Assembly: GCA_013696975.1 (NCBI GenBank)
Contig: JACCXO010000049.1
Span: 1-44,597 of the forward strand
Direction of reading: 5' to 3'
DNA: 44,597 bases
From: Nocardioidaceae bacterium
Lineage (GTDB): Bacteria > Actinomycetota > Actinomycetes > Propionibacteriales > Nocardioidaceae
Below, piece by piece: positions 9,068 through 19,122 of this stretch. Below the pieces are notes generated by a model. The model made no database searches and was not told the DNA's origin. It saw only the letters and a program-made list of their open reading frames with translations. Every line of letters begins with the position of its first letter. Positions within the stretch are counted from its first letter, which is position 1. Position numbers and translations under genes: made by a program.

Positions 9068-10312
9068 CTACTTCAGGAAGTCGGGAACATCGAGATCGTT
9101 GTCGTCGAAGGGAATCGGCCGGGGCTGACGACTCTGTGCGGGAGCACCGCTGGCTGGTGGTGGCGGACCCGGTTGCTGCTGGGGGCGGTTTTGTTGCTGC
9201 TGCTGCGGGTGTTGCGGCTGCCGCTGCTGCTGCTGCGGGTGTTGTTGCTGCTGCGGGTGTTGTTGCTGCGGCGGTTGCTGCTGCTGCCCCTGAACCTCGG
9301 CAGTGGTCGCGGTGCTGGGACCCTCACGGCGCAGCGCCGGCTGGCTTTGGTCTCTCCGCTTCGGCATACCTCCGTCGAAGCCGGCCGCGATGACGGTCAC
9401 GCGCACCTCGTCACCGAGGGCATCGTCGATCACAGCACCGAAGATGATGTTGGCGTCGGCATGGGCCGCCTGGGACACCAGTGCGGCAGCTTCGTTGATC
9501 TCGAACAAGCCCAGATCGGAACCACCGGAGATCGATAACAAGACGCCGTGGGCGCCGTCGATAGAAGCCTCGAGCAACGGGCTCGACACGGCCATCTCGG
9601 CGGCGACGACAGCGCGGTCGTCGCCGTTGGCGCGACCGATGCCCATCAAAGCAGAACCAGCGTTCTGCATGACTGACTTGACATCAGCGAAGTCCAGGTT
9701 GATCAGACCGGGTGTGGTGATGAGGTCGGTGATACCCGAGACACCTTGGAGCAGGACCTGATCGGCCTGCTTGAAGGCGTCGAGCACGCTCACGCTGCGG
9801 TCTGAGATCGAGAGCAGTCGGTCATTGGGTATGACGATCAGGGTGTCGACTTCTTCGCGCAGGGCCGCGATGCCCTCCTCGGCCTGATTCGCGCGACGCC
9901 GGCCCTCGAACGCAAACGGACGTGTGACGACACCGATGGTCAAGGCACCCAGCGAACGAGCGATCCTCGCGACGACTGGAGCTCCGCCGGTCCCCGTGCC
10001 GCCACCCTCGCCAGCGGTGACGAACACCATGTCGGCGCCCTTCATGACCTCCTCGATCTCGTCGGCATGGTCCTCAGAAGCTCTGCCACCCACATCCGGG
10101 TCAGCCCCGGCTCCCAGACCTCGGGTGAGCTCACGACCGATGTCGAGCTTGACGTCGGCATCGCTCATCAGCAACGCCTGCGCGTCGGTGTTGATGGCGA
10201 TGAACTCGACGCCGCGGAGTCCAACCTCGATCATCCGATTGACGGCATTGACGCCCCCGCCGCCGATACCTACAACCTTGATGACCGCCAGATAGTTTTG
10301 CGGTGCTGCCAC
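9068..10312 (-). CDS. ftsZ: Cell division GTPase FtsZ
   Basis: Contains [13 protein letters not shown] and the tubulin signature [11 protein letters not shown], plus the C-terminal anchor peptide [12 protein letters not shown]. The Gln/Pro-rich linker is unusual (see the repeat feature at 9170-9297). Confidence 0.98.
   Translation of the reverse strand: MAAPQNYLAVIKVVGIGGGGVNAVNRMIEVGLRGVEFIAINTDAQALLMSDADVKLDIGRELTRGLGAGADPDVGGRASEDHADEIEEVMKGADMVFVTAGEGGGTGTGGAPVVARIARSLGALTIGVVTRPFAFEGRRRANQAEEGIAALREEVDTLIVIPNDRLLSISDRSVSVLDAFKQADQVLLQGVSGITDLITTPGLINLDFADVKSVMQNAGSALMGIGRANGDDRAVVAAEMAVSSPLLEASIDGAHGVLLSISGGSDLGLFEINEAAALVSQAAHADANIIFGAVIDDALGDEVRVTVIAAGFDGGMPKRRDQSQPALRREGPSTATTAEVQGQQQQPPQQQHPQQQQHPQQQQRQPQHPQQQQQNRPQQQPGPPPPASGAPAQSRQPRPIPFDDNDLDVPDFLK
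9170..9297 (-). repeat. CAG/CTG-rich low-complexity tract encoding the poly-Gln/Pro FtsZ C-terminal linker
   Basis: The plus strand reads as reiterated tgctgctgcgggtgttg-type units. It translates to [38 protein letters not shown]. Confidence 0.8.
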
Positions 10313-10564
10313 GAGCGCGCCTCTCGACTTTGACCATGTCTGCTGGCGACCGGGAACGGCGCCAGAGCTTGAAAACCTACCGATACCTGCTGACGGGGGA
10401 AGCGCCGACGAACCAGAAAGTCTCGACCTGAACTATAGGGTGAAACCAACGTCAACCTGTTCGTGAGGTCAAACCTAAAACACAGGTGGAGACATGAGCA
10501 ACCGACACGCCCAAACTAGGTTGCCTTGCAGAACACCGCACACAGATCAATCGCCGCCCCTAGC

Positions 10565-11305
10565 TCATTCCACGGCGCGAGAGGTGGGCTGTTGGGGCAC
10601 GCTCACGTCGAAGATGTCAGCCCGACTCTGCGCCAGCAAGAGGTTGATCACCTGAGCCTTGCGCTGCGAATCCGCGCTACTGCCCCACATCACTTCTCTT
10701 GCTCCTTCGAGCTGCAAAGTAATCGAGTCCAGCGACCGTGCGGTGACGCTGTCGACCTTGGCGATCAGAGCAGGAGGCAAAGCGTCGACAACCACGGCGA
10801 CCTCGCTAAGGATGTCTGGATCGCCATTCATTGCCACTTCGACGCTTGGCAGGTCGAGCGGGAGTTCCGTCCGGTCAGTTGACTCCCGAAAAAGGACGCC
10901 CTCCTTGTCCATGGCCCACCAACCACCGTCGTCTCGCATCACGGCTAACGCCTCCCGCTCGGTAATCGAGATACGCACAGTGTTCGGCCAGGAACGGTGT
11001 ACAGCTACCGCCGCCACCTCGGGAACCGCCGCCACTCGATCATGGATCTCGTCGAGGTTGAGCCTGAGCAGCGGAGTGCCGAGGGCCACATCAGCAGCAG
11101 CTAGCACATCGCGCTCACTCAACTGGCGCTCCCCTGCGACGTCTGTCTTCTCTGCCGCCAGATACGAGGAGACCGTCAATAGCCAGGCAATCCCTGCCAG
11201 CAACCCGAACAGCAGGGTCGCGATGATCCAGGGTCGCCAGGTTCTCGTTCGGCGCCGCCGCTGACGACGCGAGAAGCGAGAGTCGGATGTGACTGAGGTA
11301 CTCAT
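10565..11305 (-). CDS. ftsQ: Cell division protein FtsQ (POTRA domain)
   Basis: Arg-rich cytoplasmic tail, a single TM segment, then a POTRA-like segment (VLAAADVALGTPLLRLNLDEIHDRVAAVPEVAAVAVHRSWPNTVRISITE). ATGA overlap with the murC stop. Confidence 0.85.
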   Translation of the reverse strand: MSTSVTSDSRFSRRQRRRRTRTWRPWIIATLLFGLLAGIAWLLTVSSYLAAEKTDVAGERQLSERDVLAAADVALGTPLLRLNLDEIHDRVAAVPEVAAVAVHRSWPNTVRISITEREALAVMRDDGGWWAMDKEGVLFRESTDRTELPLDLPSVEVAMNGDPDILSEVAVVVDALPPALIAKVDSVTARSLDSITLQLEGAREVMWGSSADSQRKAQVINLLLAQSRADIFDVSVPQQPTSRAVE

Positions 11306-12720
11306 CGGTTGCGCGCTTCGAGTTTCGCGATGATGGTCGCACCGAGCTCTGTCACATCGCCAGCCCCTAACGTGAGGACTACATCTCCGGGACTGCTGAA
11401 GTCCACCACGCGTTGCGCTGCGAGGTCGCGGTCAGGCTCGTAGGCGACCTGGTCGCTCGACAGCGGGACCGCCGACGCGACGAGACCGCCGTTGATGGCA
11501 GGGTCAGGGTCTTCTCTGGCGGCGTAGACGTCCATGACAACGACACGGTCTGCGGCACCTAGAGCGACACCCATGCGTGCACCGAAGATCCGTGTCCGGC
11601 TCACTAGATGCGGCTGGAAGCAGGCCACGAGCTTGCCGTCGGGAGCCAGCGCCCGCGCGGCCTGCAGGTCGGCTGCGATCTCAACGGGGTGGTGAGCGTA
11701 GCTGTCGTAGACATCGACCTCCCCGGCTCGGTACTTGAACTGCATTCGACGGTCGCTGCCGCGAAAGCCGGCGAGTCCCACCGCCAGCTCGTCGAACCCG
11801 AAGCCGAGCTCGAGACCCGCAGCGAGCGCTGCTAGTGAGTCCGTGACATAGACGACGCCGGGCACCTGCAACGTCACGGTGCCGAGGCTCCTGGCCCCGT
11901 CCCAGACGTCGTAGGCAGAGCTCGACCCGACGAAGGCCACGCTGCGGGCCTGGAGGTCGGCCTGGTCCGATCGACCAACTCCGATCACCTTGAGACCGCG
12001 GCGGTTCGCACGGCCCGCAAGGCGTACGGCGCCCGGGTCGTCCACACAGCACACCAGGAAACCGGTCGGGGATATCCGGTCTAGGAACGCGTCGAACACG
12101 GCCACATAGGCGTCGACAGTCCCGAAGTGGTCCAAGTGGTCGGCATCAACGTTCGTCACCACCGCTCCCGCTGGGGTGTAGGCGAGGATCGCCTCGTCGC
12201 TTTCGTCGCCTTCGGCTATGAAGATCGGACCGCTGCCGGCTGCTGCGTTGAGGCCGGTCGCAGTCAAGGTCGATCCGATGGCGTATGACGGTTCGGCACC
12301 GCAGGCGATGAGCGCCGTCGCGAGCATGGAGGTCGTGGTTGTCTTGCCGTGGGTGCCGGTCACCACGACCGCGTTGCGACCCAGCAACAGTGACTGCACG
12401 GCAGCAGCGCGCGGCCAGACGCGCAGATCAAGGTCTCGGGCCCTGACGACCTCGACGTTGTCGTCTCGAACCGCGGTGGACACCACCACGGTGTGAGCGC
12501 CTTCGACGTGGTCGGCCCGATGACCAACGTGACAAGGGATATCCAGTTCGCGCAGGGAGTCGAGCATGGCGGAGTCGTTGGCGTCACTGCCTGAGACCGC
12601 CACGCCCCGACCGACCATGATACGAGCCAGACCAGACAGCGCAGCACCACCGATGCCGACAAAGTGAACGTTCCCGAGTTCCTCTGCCGGCTGAATGCTG
12701 TCAGGCACCTCGATGATCAC
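11302..12720 (-). CDS. murC: UDP-N-acetylmuramate--L-alanine ligase
   Basis: Contains VHFVGIGGAALSGLA and the Mur-ligase P-loop GTHGKTTTTSM; 472 aa. Confidence 0.95.
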   Translation of the reverse strand: MIIEVPDSIQPAEELGNVHFVGIGGAALSGLARIMVGRGVAVSGSDANDSAMLDSLRELDIPCHVGHRADHVEGAHTVVVSTAVRDDNVEVVRARDLDLRVWPRAAAVQSLLLGRNAVVVTGTHGKTTTTSMLATALIACGAEPSYAIGSTLTATGLNAAAGSGPIFIAEGDESDEAILAYTPAGAVVTNVDADHLDHFGTVDAYVAVFDAFLDRISPTGFLVCCVDDPGAVRLAGRANRRGLKVIGVGRSDQADLQARSVAFVGSSSAYDVWDGARSLGTVTLQVPGVVYVTDSLAALAAGLELGFGFDELAVGLAGFRGSDRRMQFKYRAGEVDVYDSYAHHPVEIAADLQAARALAPDGKLVACFQPHLVSRTRIFGARMGVALGAADRVVVMDVYAAREDPDPAINGGLVASAVPLSSDQVAYEPDRDLAAQRVVDFSSPGDVVLTLGAGDVTELGATIIAKLEARNR

Positions 12721-12733
12721 TGCGCTGCCTCGA

Positions 12734-13822
12734 TCACTGAGCTGCCTCGATGATCATCGAGGTCAAGACGTCGTCTGCGTCCCGACGTATGAGACCGCTC
12801 GACGCGCGAGACATCTCCTGGAGTCGCGTTGTGTCGCTGACCATCGCGGGCACATGCCGGCGAACCCAGCTCGGTGTGAAGTCGCCATCGTCGACCAGCA
12901 CGGCGCCGCCCGCCTCTACCACCGCCCGAGCGTTGAGAGCCTGTTCGCCGTTGCCGATCGGCAAGGGCACAAAGACCGCAGGCAACCCCAGCGATGCCAT
13001 CTCCGTCACTGAGTTGGCCCCACAGCGACCGATGGCTGCATCGGCGGCCGCATAGGCCAAGTCCATCCGGTCGACATACGGGACGACGACGTAAGCCGGA
13101 CGCAGAGTGCCACTGTCCGAAGGGACTTCGGCCACCCCCTTCCGCCCAGTGACGTGCAGCACCTGGACTCCGGCCGCGGCGAAGTCGGCCACACCGGCCG
13201 AGACCGAGTCGTTGATGCGCTTGGATCCTTGGGAGCCGCCGGTGACCAGCAACGTGGGAAGGTCTTGGTCGAGACCGAAATGAGCCCGCGCCAACGGCCG
13301 CAGCTCAGCGCGGTCGAGGGTCGAGATCGCCCGTCGGATCGGAAGCCCGATGTAGCGTGCGTGAGGCAGCTTGGTGTCAGGGAACGACGTGGCGACGTGG
13401 CGGGTGCAGAACCGCGCACCGAACCGGTTCGCCAGGCCGGGCAAGGCATTGCCCTCGTGTACGACGACAGGCACCTTGGCGCGACGCGCAGCTAGATAAG
13501 CGGGAGTGGATACGTAGCCTCCGAAACCGACCACCACATCGGGTTTGAACGTATCGATCAGGCGCCGCGCCGCGGAGACTGCGTCTCTCATGCGAAGTGG
13601 CACGCGCAGCAGCTCAGTCGAGGGCTTGCGAGGAAGCGGGACGGGCGGGATGAGCTCCAGGCGATAACCAGCAGCTGGGATGACGCGGGTCTCGATACCA
13701 CGCTCAGTGCCGAGGCAACAGATTTCGACATCCTGGGTGCGTCGGCGTAACGCGTCAGCTGTGGCGATCAGGGGCGATGTGTGCCCGGCGGTTCCACCGC
13801 CGGCTAGAAGTACACGCACCAA
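12734..13822 (-). CDS. murG: Undecaprenyldiphospho-muramoylpentapeptide beta-N-acetylglucosaminyltransferase
   Basis: N-terminal LLAGGGTAGHTSP and a GT28 architecture. The start is either TTG at 13822 or GTG at 13819. Confidence 0.95.
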   Translation of the reverse strand: MVRVLLAGGGTAGHTSPLIATADALRRRTQDVEICCLGTERGIETRVIPAAGYRLELIPPVPLPRKPSTELLRVPLRMRDAVSAARRLIDTFKPDVVVGFGGYVSTPAYLAARRAKVPVVVHEGNALPGLANRFGARFCTRHVATSFPDTKLPHARYIGLPIRRAISTLDRAELRPLARAHFGLDQDLPTLLVTGGSQGSKRINDSVSAGVADFAAAGVQVLHVTGRKGVAEVPSDSGTLRPAYVVVPYVDRMDLAYAAADAAIGRCGANSVTEMASLGLPAVFVPLPIGNGEQALNARAVVEAGGAVLVDDGDFTPSWVRRHVPAMVSDTTRLQEMSRASSGLIRRDADDVLTSMIIEAAQ

Positions 13823-15139
13823 TTACCCACTGTTTTCCGTTGTGCTTCGCGGGGTAGTGGTGCTGCTCGAGACGGCCGCCGTTGCTCTGAGCGGGCCGGC
13901 TACCGAGCCGAGCGCGGCGAACAGGCCGCGGCGGCCCAGGGCGCGGCTTAGGCGAAGGGCTTCGGCTGCTCCTGGCTCGGTGCGCGCGATGGCGAGCAAC
14001 AGTCCCAGCGCGACCAGTGTGGGCAGTAGACTCGATCCCCCATAAGAGATCAGCGGAAGGGGGATGCCGATGACCGGCAGCAGACCCAGCACCATTCCCA
14101 TGTTGATGACCGCTTGGCCCAACAGCCACACCACCACGCCCGCTGCCACGTTCCGGGCGAAGATGTCTGACGTGCGCGCGGCGATGCGGATGCCGGCATA
14201 CGCCAGTGTCACGAATAGACCCAGCACCACCAAGGTCCCGAATAAGCCGAACTCCTCACCGATGATGGCGAAGATGTAGTCGGTGTGCGCCTCGGGGAGT
14301 GCCCCCCACTTCTGGCTGCTGGCACCGATACCGCTCCCCCACCAGCCGCCGGTCGCCAAGGCGAAGAAACCGTGGCTGGCCTGCCAGCCACCGTCGCCGA
14401 AATCGGCCAGTGGATCGACGAAACCGGTGAGCCTGGCCTTGCGTTCCTCGTCTGTTGCCGCTAGTGCGAACGCTGTCACGCCGGCGACCAGCGAGGCCCC
14501 GAGAAACAACCGGGCGGGTGCGCCGACGACCCACAGCATGCCCAGCGCGATGGCGAACAGGACGAGCGCGGTCCCCAGGTCGCCTTGACCGATCACCGCC
14601 GCGATGACAAGCACGCTGACGGGCAGGACCGGGACGAACAGGTGTCGCCAGTAGGCGAGCAGCTTGGCCTTTCGGGCGTAGACATCAGCGCACCACAGGA
14701 CCAGCGCCAGCTTGGCGAGCTCCGACGGCTGCACCTGTAATCCACCGCCGAGCGAGAGCCAGTTGCGGTTGCCGTTGACCTCGACACCGACACCGGGCAG
14801 GTACGTCGCCAGGACCAGAGCCAGGGAGACGAGCAGAGCGGGCCACGCGAGCAGACGCACCAAGCGAAGCGGCAGGCGTGAAGCCACCCACGCGACGGGA
14901 ACCCCCAACACGACCCACACGACTTGTCGGACAAAGATCGCGTACGAGCTGTCGTGCAGCCGCAGGGACAGCACGCTCGAGGAGCTCAGCACCATCAACA
15001 GGCCGAGAGCCAACAGCACAGCAGAGACCCCGAGCACCAAGTGATAGGACATGAGTGGCTTGTCGAGCCCTCGCTTCAGCGAGGCCGCTAAACCATCGGC
15101 GCCAGCCCTCCCCGGATGCGTCTCGCTCGCTGTGGCCAC
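13823..15139 (-). CDS. ftsW: SEDS-family peptidoglycan glycosyltransferase FtsW
   Basis: Polytopic membrane protein with SEDS motifs (PSELAKLALVLW, TDYIFAIIGEEFG, PLPLISYGGSS). The track ORF (to 15607) runs through murD, so I trimmed it to the GTG at 15139. The ATG at 15052 is an alternative start. Confidence 0.9.
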   Translation of the reverse strand: MATASETHPGRAGADGLAASLKRGLDKPLMSYHLVLGVSAVLLALGLLMVLSSSSVLSLRLHDSSYAIFVRQVVWVVLGVPVAWVASRLPLRLVRLLAWPALLVSLALVLATYLPGVGVEVNGNRNWLSLGGGLQVQPSELAKLALVLWCADVYARKAKLLAYWRHLFVPVLPVSVLVIAAVIGQGDLGTALVLFAIALGMLWVVGAPARLFLGASLVAGVTAFALAATDEERKARLTGFVDPLADFGDGGWQASHGFFALATGGWWGSGIGASSQKWGALPEAHTDYIFAIIGEEFGLFGTLVVLGLFVTLAYAGIRIAARTSDIFARNVAAGVVVWLLGQAVINMGMVLGLLPVIGIPLPLISYGGSSLLPTLVALGLLLAIARTEPGAAEALRLSRALGRRGLFAALGSVAGPLRATAAVSSSTTTPRSTTENSG

Positions 15140-15191
15140 CAGCGCCCTCTCGTGTGCAGCCTGGCAGATCGGTGCCTGAGCAGGCTTGTCG

Positions 15192-16655
15192 TCAACGTTC
15201 GCCGAGCTGCTCGACGGCGGCAACGAAGGCGTCACCACGTGCCGAGTAGTTCCTGAACTGGTCGAAGGAGGCACATGCCGGCGCCAACAACACGGTGTCA
15301 CCCGAGCGGGCGAGTGAGGCTGCGGCCGACACGACGCGCTCCATGACACCAGTGTCGATGTCGGGCACGGCAATGACGGGTACATCGGGCGCGTGTCGCG
15401 CGAGCGCTGCGGCGATGACGTCTTGGTCGGCGCCGAGCAGCACCACTCCGCGCAGCCGGTCGACTGCGGAGGCGACGAGATGGTCGAATGACGCGCCTTT
15501 GGCGAGCCCCCCGGCGATCCATACAGTGGACTCGAACGACCGCAGCGATGCCAACGCCGCGTGCGGATTCGTCGCCTTGGAGTCATCGACGTAGGTGACG
15601 CCGGCAACGGTCGCCACCGTGGCTATGCGGTGTGCGTCAAGCTTGAACGCACGCAGGCCCCGCGCCACCGAACTTGCGGAGATGCCGTGGGCACGAGCGA
15701 GAGCCGCGGCGGCGAGGGCGTTGGACACGTTGTGCGGCGCCCCCGTCGGAACGTCACGCACCTGAGCCAGCTCTGCCGCATTACGGTCACGACCCTCGAT
15801 GAACGCACGATCGGCCAGCACGTCGTCAACCACACCCACCATACCGATGCTGGGGATGCCGAGGGTGAAGCCGATCGCTCGACACCCCTCGACGACGTTG
15901 GCCTCCTCGACAAGCCGCCGGGTGGTGGCGTCTTCGACGTTGTAGACACACGCCAGCTGGGCGTTCTGGTAGATCTTTGCCTTGGCCTCGGTGTAGCGCT
16001 CGACGTCGCCGTGCCAGGACAAGTGGTCGGGTGCGACGTTAAGCACAGCCGAGGCTTGGGCCGACATACAGCTCAGCCAGTGCAGCTGGTACGACGACAG
16101 CTCCACGGCCAGGACGTCGTAGGGGGTCGGGTCCATCACCACCTCGCACATCGGCAGGCCGACGTTGCCGGCAGCCACTGTCCGCAGACCTTCGGCCCGC
16201 AGCATCGCCTCGAGCATCTGGACGGTGGTGGTCTTGCCGTTGGTGCCCGTCAGGCACAGCCAGGGCGCGCTGTGCTCCGGGTCGCGCAGTCGCCAGGCAA
16301 GCTCTACATCACCCCAAACCGGCACTGAGTGCGAGGTGGCCAGCTGGAGGAGCTCCGCTGAGGGCGGCCACCCAGGCGAGGTGACCAGCAGCTGGGTGTC
16401 GGCTTCAAGCGCCGCGCTTGCACCCGGACCCAGCCTGACCTCGACTCCCAAGATCTCGAGCAAGGTGGCCTTGTCAATCGCACTCTCGCTGATCTGGTCG
16501 TCGAGCACGGTGACGGATGCGCCGAGATGTTGCAACGCGTCGGCAGCGGCGAAGCCGGCGACGCCGATTCCTGCGACGACGACACGTAGCTGTTCCCATG
16601 CTGAGTTTCGGTGTGCATCCGGTAGCCAGGGCACAGCGCCACTGTCGGCCGTCAT
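15192..16655 (-). CDS. murD: UDP-N-acetylmuramoylalanine--D-glutamate ligase
   Basis: Rossmann-type N-terminus (VVVAGIGVAGFAAADAL) and P-loop TGTNGKTTT. The ATG at 16655 forms an ATGA overlap with the mraY stop; 487 aa. Confidence 0.93.
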   Translation of the reverse strand: MTADSGAVPWLPDAHRNSAWEQLRVVVAGIGVAGFAAADALQHLGASVTVLDDQISESAIDKATLLEILGVEVRLGPGASAALEADTQLLVTSPGWPPSAELLQLATSHSVPVWGDVELAWRLRDPEHSAPWLCLTGTNGKTTTVQMLEAMLRAEGLRTVAAGNVGLPMCEVVMDPTPYDVLAVELSSYQLHWLSCMSAQASAVLNVAPDHLSWHGDVERYTEAKAKIYQNAQLACVYNVEDATTRRLVEEANVVEGCRAIGFTLGIPSIGMVGVVDDVLADRAFIEGRDRNAAELAQVRDVPTGAPHNVSNALAAAALARAHGISASSVARGLRAFKLDAHRIATVATVAGVTYVDDSKATNPHAALASLRSFESTVWIAGGLAKGASFDHLVASAVDRLRGVVLLGADQDVIAAALARHAPDVPVIAVPDIDTGVMERVVSAAASLARSGDTVLLAPACASFDQFRNYSARGDAFVAAVEQLGER

Positions 16656-17716
16656 ACCCCGAGCACCCACTCGGCGTAGAAGAGCCCGAGCCCGGTGGCC
16701 ACACAGATGCCGCAGACGATCCAGAATCGTACGACGATGGTGACCTCCGCCCACCCCAACAGCTCGAAATGATGTTGCAGAGGCGCCATGCGGAACAGGC
16801 GTTTGCCGTTGCTCAGCTTGAAATAGCCAACCTGCAAGATCACCGACATCGTGATGACGGCAAACAGACCACCGAAGATGATGAGCAGCAGCTCGGTGCG
16901 CGTCATGATGGCAAGGCCCGCCATGGCTCCGCCCAGTGACAAGGATCCGGTGTCACCCATGAAGATCTTCGCCGGCGACGCGTTCCACCACAGGAAACCG
17001 AAACAGGCTCCGGTCAACGCCGCGGTGACCACGGCAAGGTCGAGCGGGTCTCGGATCTCGTTGTAACAACCGGGCCCAGGAGTGATCAGGCAGAACTGGT
17101 TGTGCTGCCAGATACCCACCAGGGTGTAGGCGCCGAAGATCATCACAGAGCTGCCGATGGCAAGACCGTCGAGACCGTCGGTGAGGTTAACCGCATTGCT
17201 GGTTCCCGCGATCATGATGATCACCCAGATCACGATCAGCAGCGTAGGCAGCTCCCAGTTGAAATCGCGTACCCAGGAGATCGCGGGGGAAGCGGGCGCG
17301 TTGCCACGATCGTCCGGGAACTGCAAGGTGGCCCAGCCGAAGAGCGCGGCTACCGAGGTCTGGCCGGCGAATTTCGCCTTGCTGCGCAGGCCCAGACTGC
17401 GTTGTTTGGAGATCTTGATGTAGTCGTCCAAGAAGCCGACGGCGCCGAGTCCGGCGAACAGGAAAAGCAGCAGCAGCGCAGACATGGACGGCGCGTCACG
17501 CAGGATCAACTTGGCCGCGCAGTAGGCGACGAGCACGGCGACGATCACGACCAGACCCCCCATAGTCGGGGTGCCTCGCTTCGTGTGGTGCGCCGTTGGC
17601 CCGTCATCGCGGATCAACTGGCCGTAGCCCTTCTTGACGAGGATCGAGATGGCCCAGCGCGTGCCGAGGAGAGTGCCGATCAGTCCGAAGCTGCCCGCCA
17701 GCAGCAGTGCCCTCAT
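16652..17716 (-). CDS. mraY: Phospho-N-acetylmuramoyl-pentapeptide transferase
   Basis: Contains TKRGTPTMGG, LDDYIKI and NAVNLTDGLDGLA motifs. The ATG at 17716 forms an ATGA overlap with the murF stop; 354 aa. The track's 153-aa Arg-rich extension overlaps murF. Confidence 0.95.
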   Translation of the reverse strand: MRALLLAGSFGLIGTLLGTRWAISILVKKGYGQLIRDDGPTAHHTKRGTPTMGGLVVIVAVLVAYCAAKLILRDAPSMSALLLLFLFAGLGAVGFLDDYIKISKQRSLGLRSKAKFAGQTSVAALFGWATLQFPDDRGNAPASPAISWVRDFNWELPTLLIVIWVIIMIAGTSNAVNLTDGLDGLAIGSSVMIFGAYTLVGIWQHNQFCLITPGPGCYNEIRDPLDLAVVTAALTGACFGFLWWNASPAKIFMGDTGSLSLGGAMAGLAIMTRTELLLIIFGGLFAVITMSVILQVGYFKLSNGKRLFRMAPLQHHFELLGWAEVTIVVRFWIVCGICVATGLGLFYAEWVLGV

Positions 17717-19122
17717 CGGCTCGGCTCGCCTTCGTCGTCCACGAGCAAGGCGAGCGCCACCCGCTCGAGCCCAGCAGCCCTGGAAGCCTTGACCAGCACG
17801 ACATCTCCGGCGCGCGCCGTCGCACGGACAAAGCTCACTGCCGACTCGACGTCGGGCACGAACATCGATTCTGAGTCCCAGGAGCCTTCGAGGCAGGCAC
17901 CGAGATGCAAAGCCCGAGCCTCTTGTCCCACGACCACCAGTTGGTCGATGTCGAGCCGCACCACAAGGCGCCCGATGGCGTCGTGCTCGTCGCGGCTCTG
18001 CTCTCCCAGCTCCCGCATTTCTCCCAACACGGCGAAGGTCCGACAATCCGGCCTCCGGCGGTGCCCGATCGCCGCCAAAGTCTGCAAGGCGGCTCGCATG
18101 CTGTCGGGGTTGGCGTTGTAGGCATCGTTGATGATCGTCAACCCGCTGGCCGTCGTCGACATCTCCATGCGCCATCTCGACGTCTGCTTCAAGCCCGCCA
18201 GCACGGCTGGTACGGCCTCAAAGGCAACTCCACAATTGAGGGCGACCGCGACGGCGGCCGCCACGTTGCGAGCGTGATGCTCTCCGACGAGCGGAACCGA
18301 CAACGCCTGCCTGACACCATCCACCTCGAGGGCGCATCGCAACCTGCCGCTCTCGTCGAGCTCGATGTCGTCGACACGCACGCCGGCGTCAAGCGACGAG
18401 CCAAAAAGAACGACGGTGGCAGCGGTGCGAGTCGCCATCGCGCGCACATGCTCGTCATCGGCGTTGAGCACCGCCACCCCACTCGACGGCAGTGCCTCGA
18501 CGAGCTCGCCCTTTGACCTCGCGATGCCTTGCTGGGACCCGAACTCGCCTATGTGTGCGACTCCGACGTTCAGCACCGCACCGACGACCGGACGCACCAT
18601 GCCGGCCAGGTCTCGGACGTGGCCTCGGCCGCGCGCGCCCATCTCGACAACCAAGAACCGGGTCGCCTCTGTGGCCCGCAACGCGGTGAGGGGCACCCCG
18701 ATCTCATTGTTGTAGGAGCCGGCGGCTGCGATGGTCTCGCCTGATGAGGCCAGCAGCTGGGCCACAATGTCCTTGGTGGAGGTCTTGCCCTGGGAACCGG
18801 TGATGCCGACGACACGCAACGAAGGCAGACGCGAGAGCACATGGTGCGCCAACAACCCGAGAGCGTGGACGGGGTCGGCCACCACAACCGCCGGTACTCC
18901 CACCTCGCGCTGCACCAACGCGGCGGCGGCGCCGCCGGCGATGGCCTGTCCGGCGTAGTCGTGGCCGTCGACGTGCTCGCCGGCCACTGCGACGAACAGC
19001 CCCCCCGCTGCGACGTCTCGTGAGTCCACGAATGCCGACCCCCTGACGACGGTCTCGGTCGAGGCGCCCACGACGGTCCCCCCCACGGCGCTGGCCACCT
19101 CGGCAAGCGTCAAGGCGATCAT
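17713..19122 (-). CDS. murF: UDP-N-acetylmuramoyl-tripeptide--D-alanyl-D-alanine ligase
   Basis: P-loop GITGSQGKTSTKD and a Mur-ligase C-terminal domain. ATGA overlap with the murE stop. Confidence 0.93.
   Translation of the reverse strand: MIALTLAEVASAVGGTVVGASTETVVRGSAFVDSRDVAAGGLFVAVAGEHVDGHDYAGQAIAGGAAAALVQREVGVPAVVVADPVHALGLLAHHVLSRLPSLRVVGITGSQGKTSTKDIVAQLLASSGETIAAAGSYNNEIGVPLTALRATEATRFLVVEMGARGRGHVRDLAGMVRPVVGAVLNVGVAHIGEFGSQQGIARSKGELVEALPSSGVAVLNADDEHVRAMATRTAATVVLFGSSLDAGVRVDDIELDESGRLRCALEVDGVRQALSVPLVGEHHARNVAAAVAVALNCGVAFEAVPAVLAGLKQTSRWRMEMSTTASGLTIINDAYNANPDSMRAALQTLAAIGHRRRPDCRTFAVLGEMRELGEQSRDEHDAIGRLVVRLDIDQLVVVGQEARALHLGACLEGSWDSESMFVPDVESAVSFVRATARAGDVVLVKASRAAGLERVALALLVDDEGEPSR

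Noticed and set aside
13823-15607. Very long N-terminal extensions in the track ORFs for ftsW (594 aa), mraY (507 aa), murD (520 aa), ftsI (779 aa), yggS (323 aa), sepF (193 aa) and the dksA-like gene (325 aa).
   Set aside because: The extensions overlap the upstream gene by hundreds of nt and are Arg/Pro/Ser-rich with no homology-like signal. Internal starts that form ATGA/GTGA overlaps, or follow a GGAGG, give proteins with canonical N-termini.
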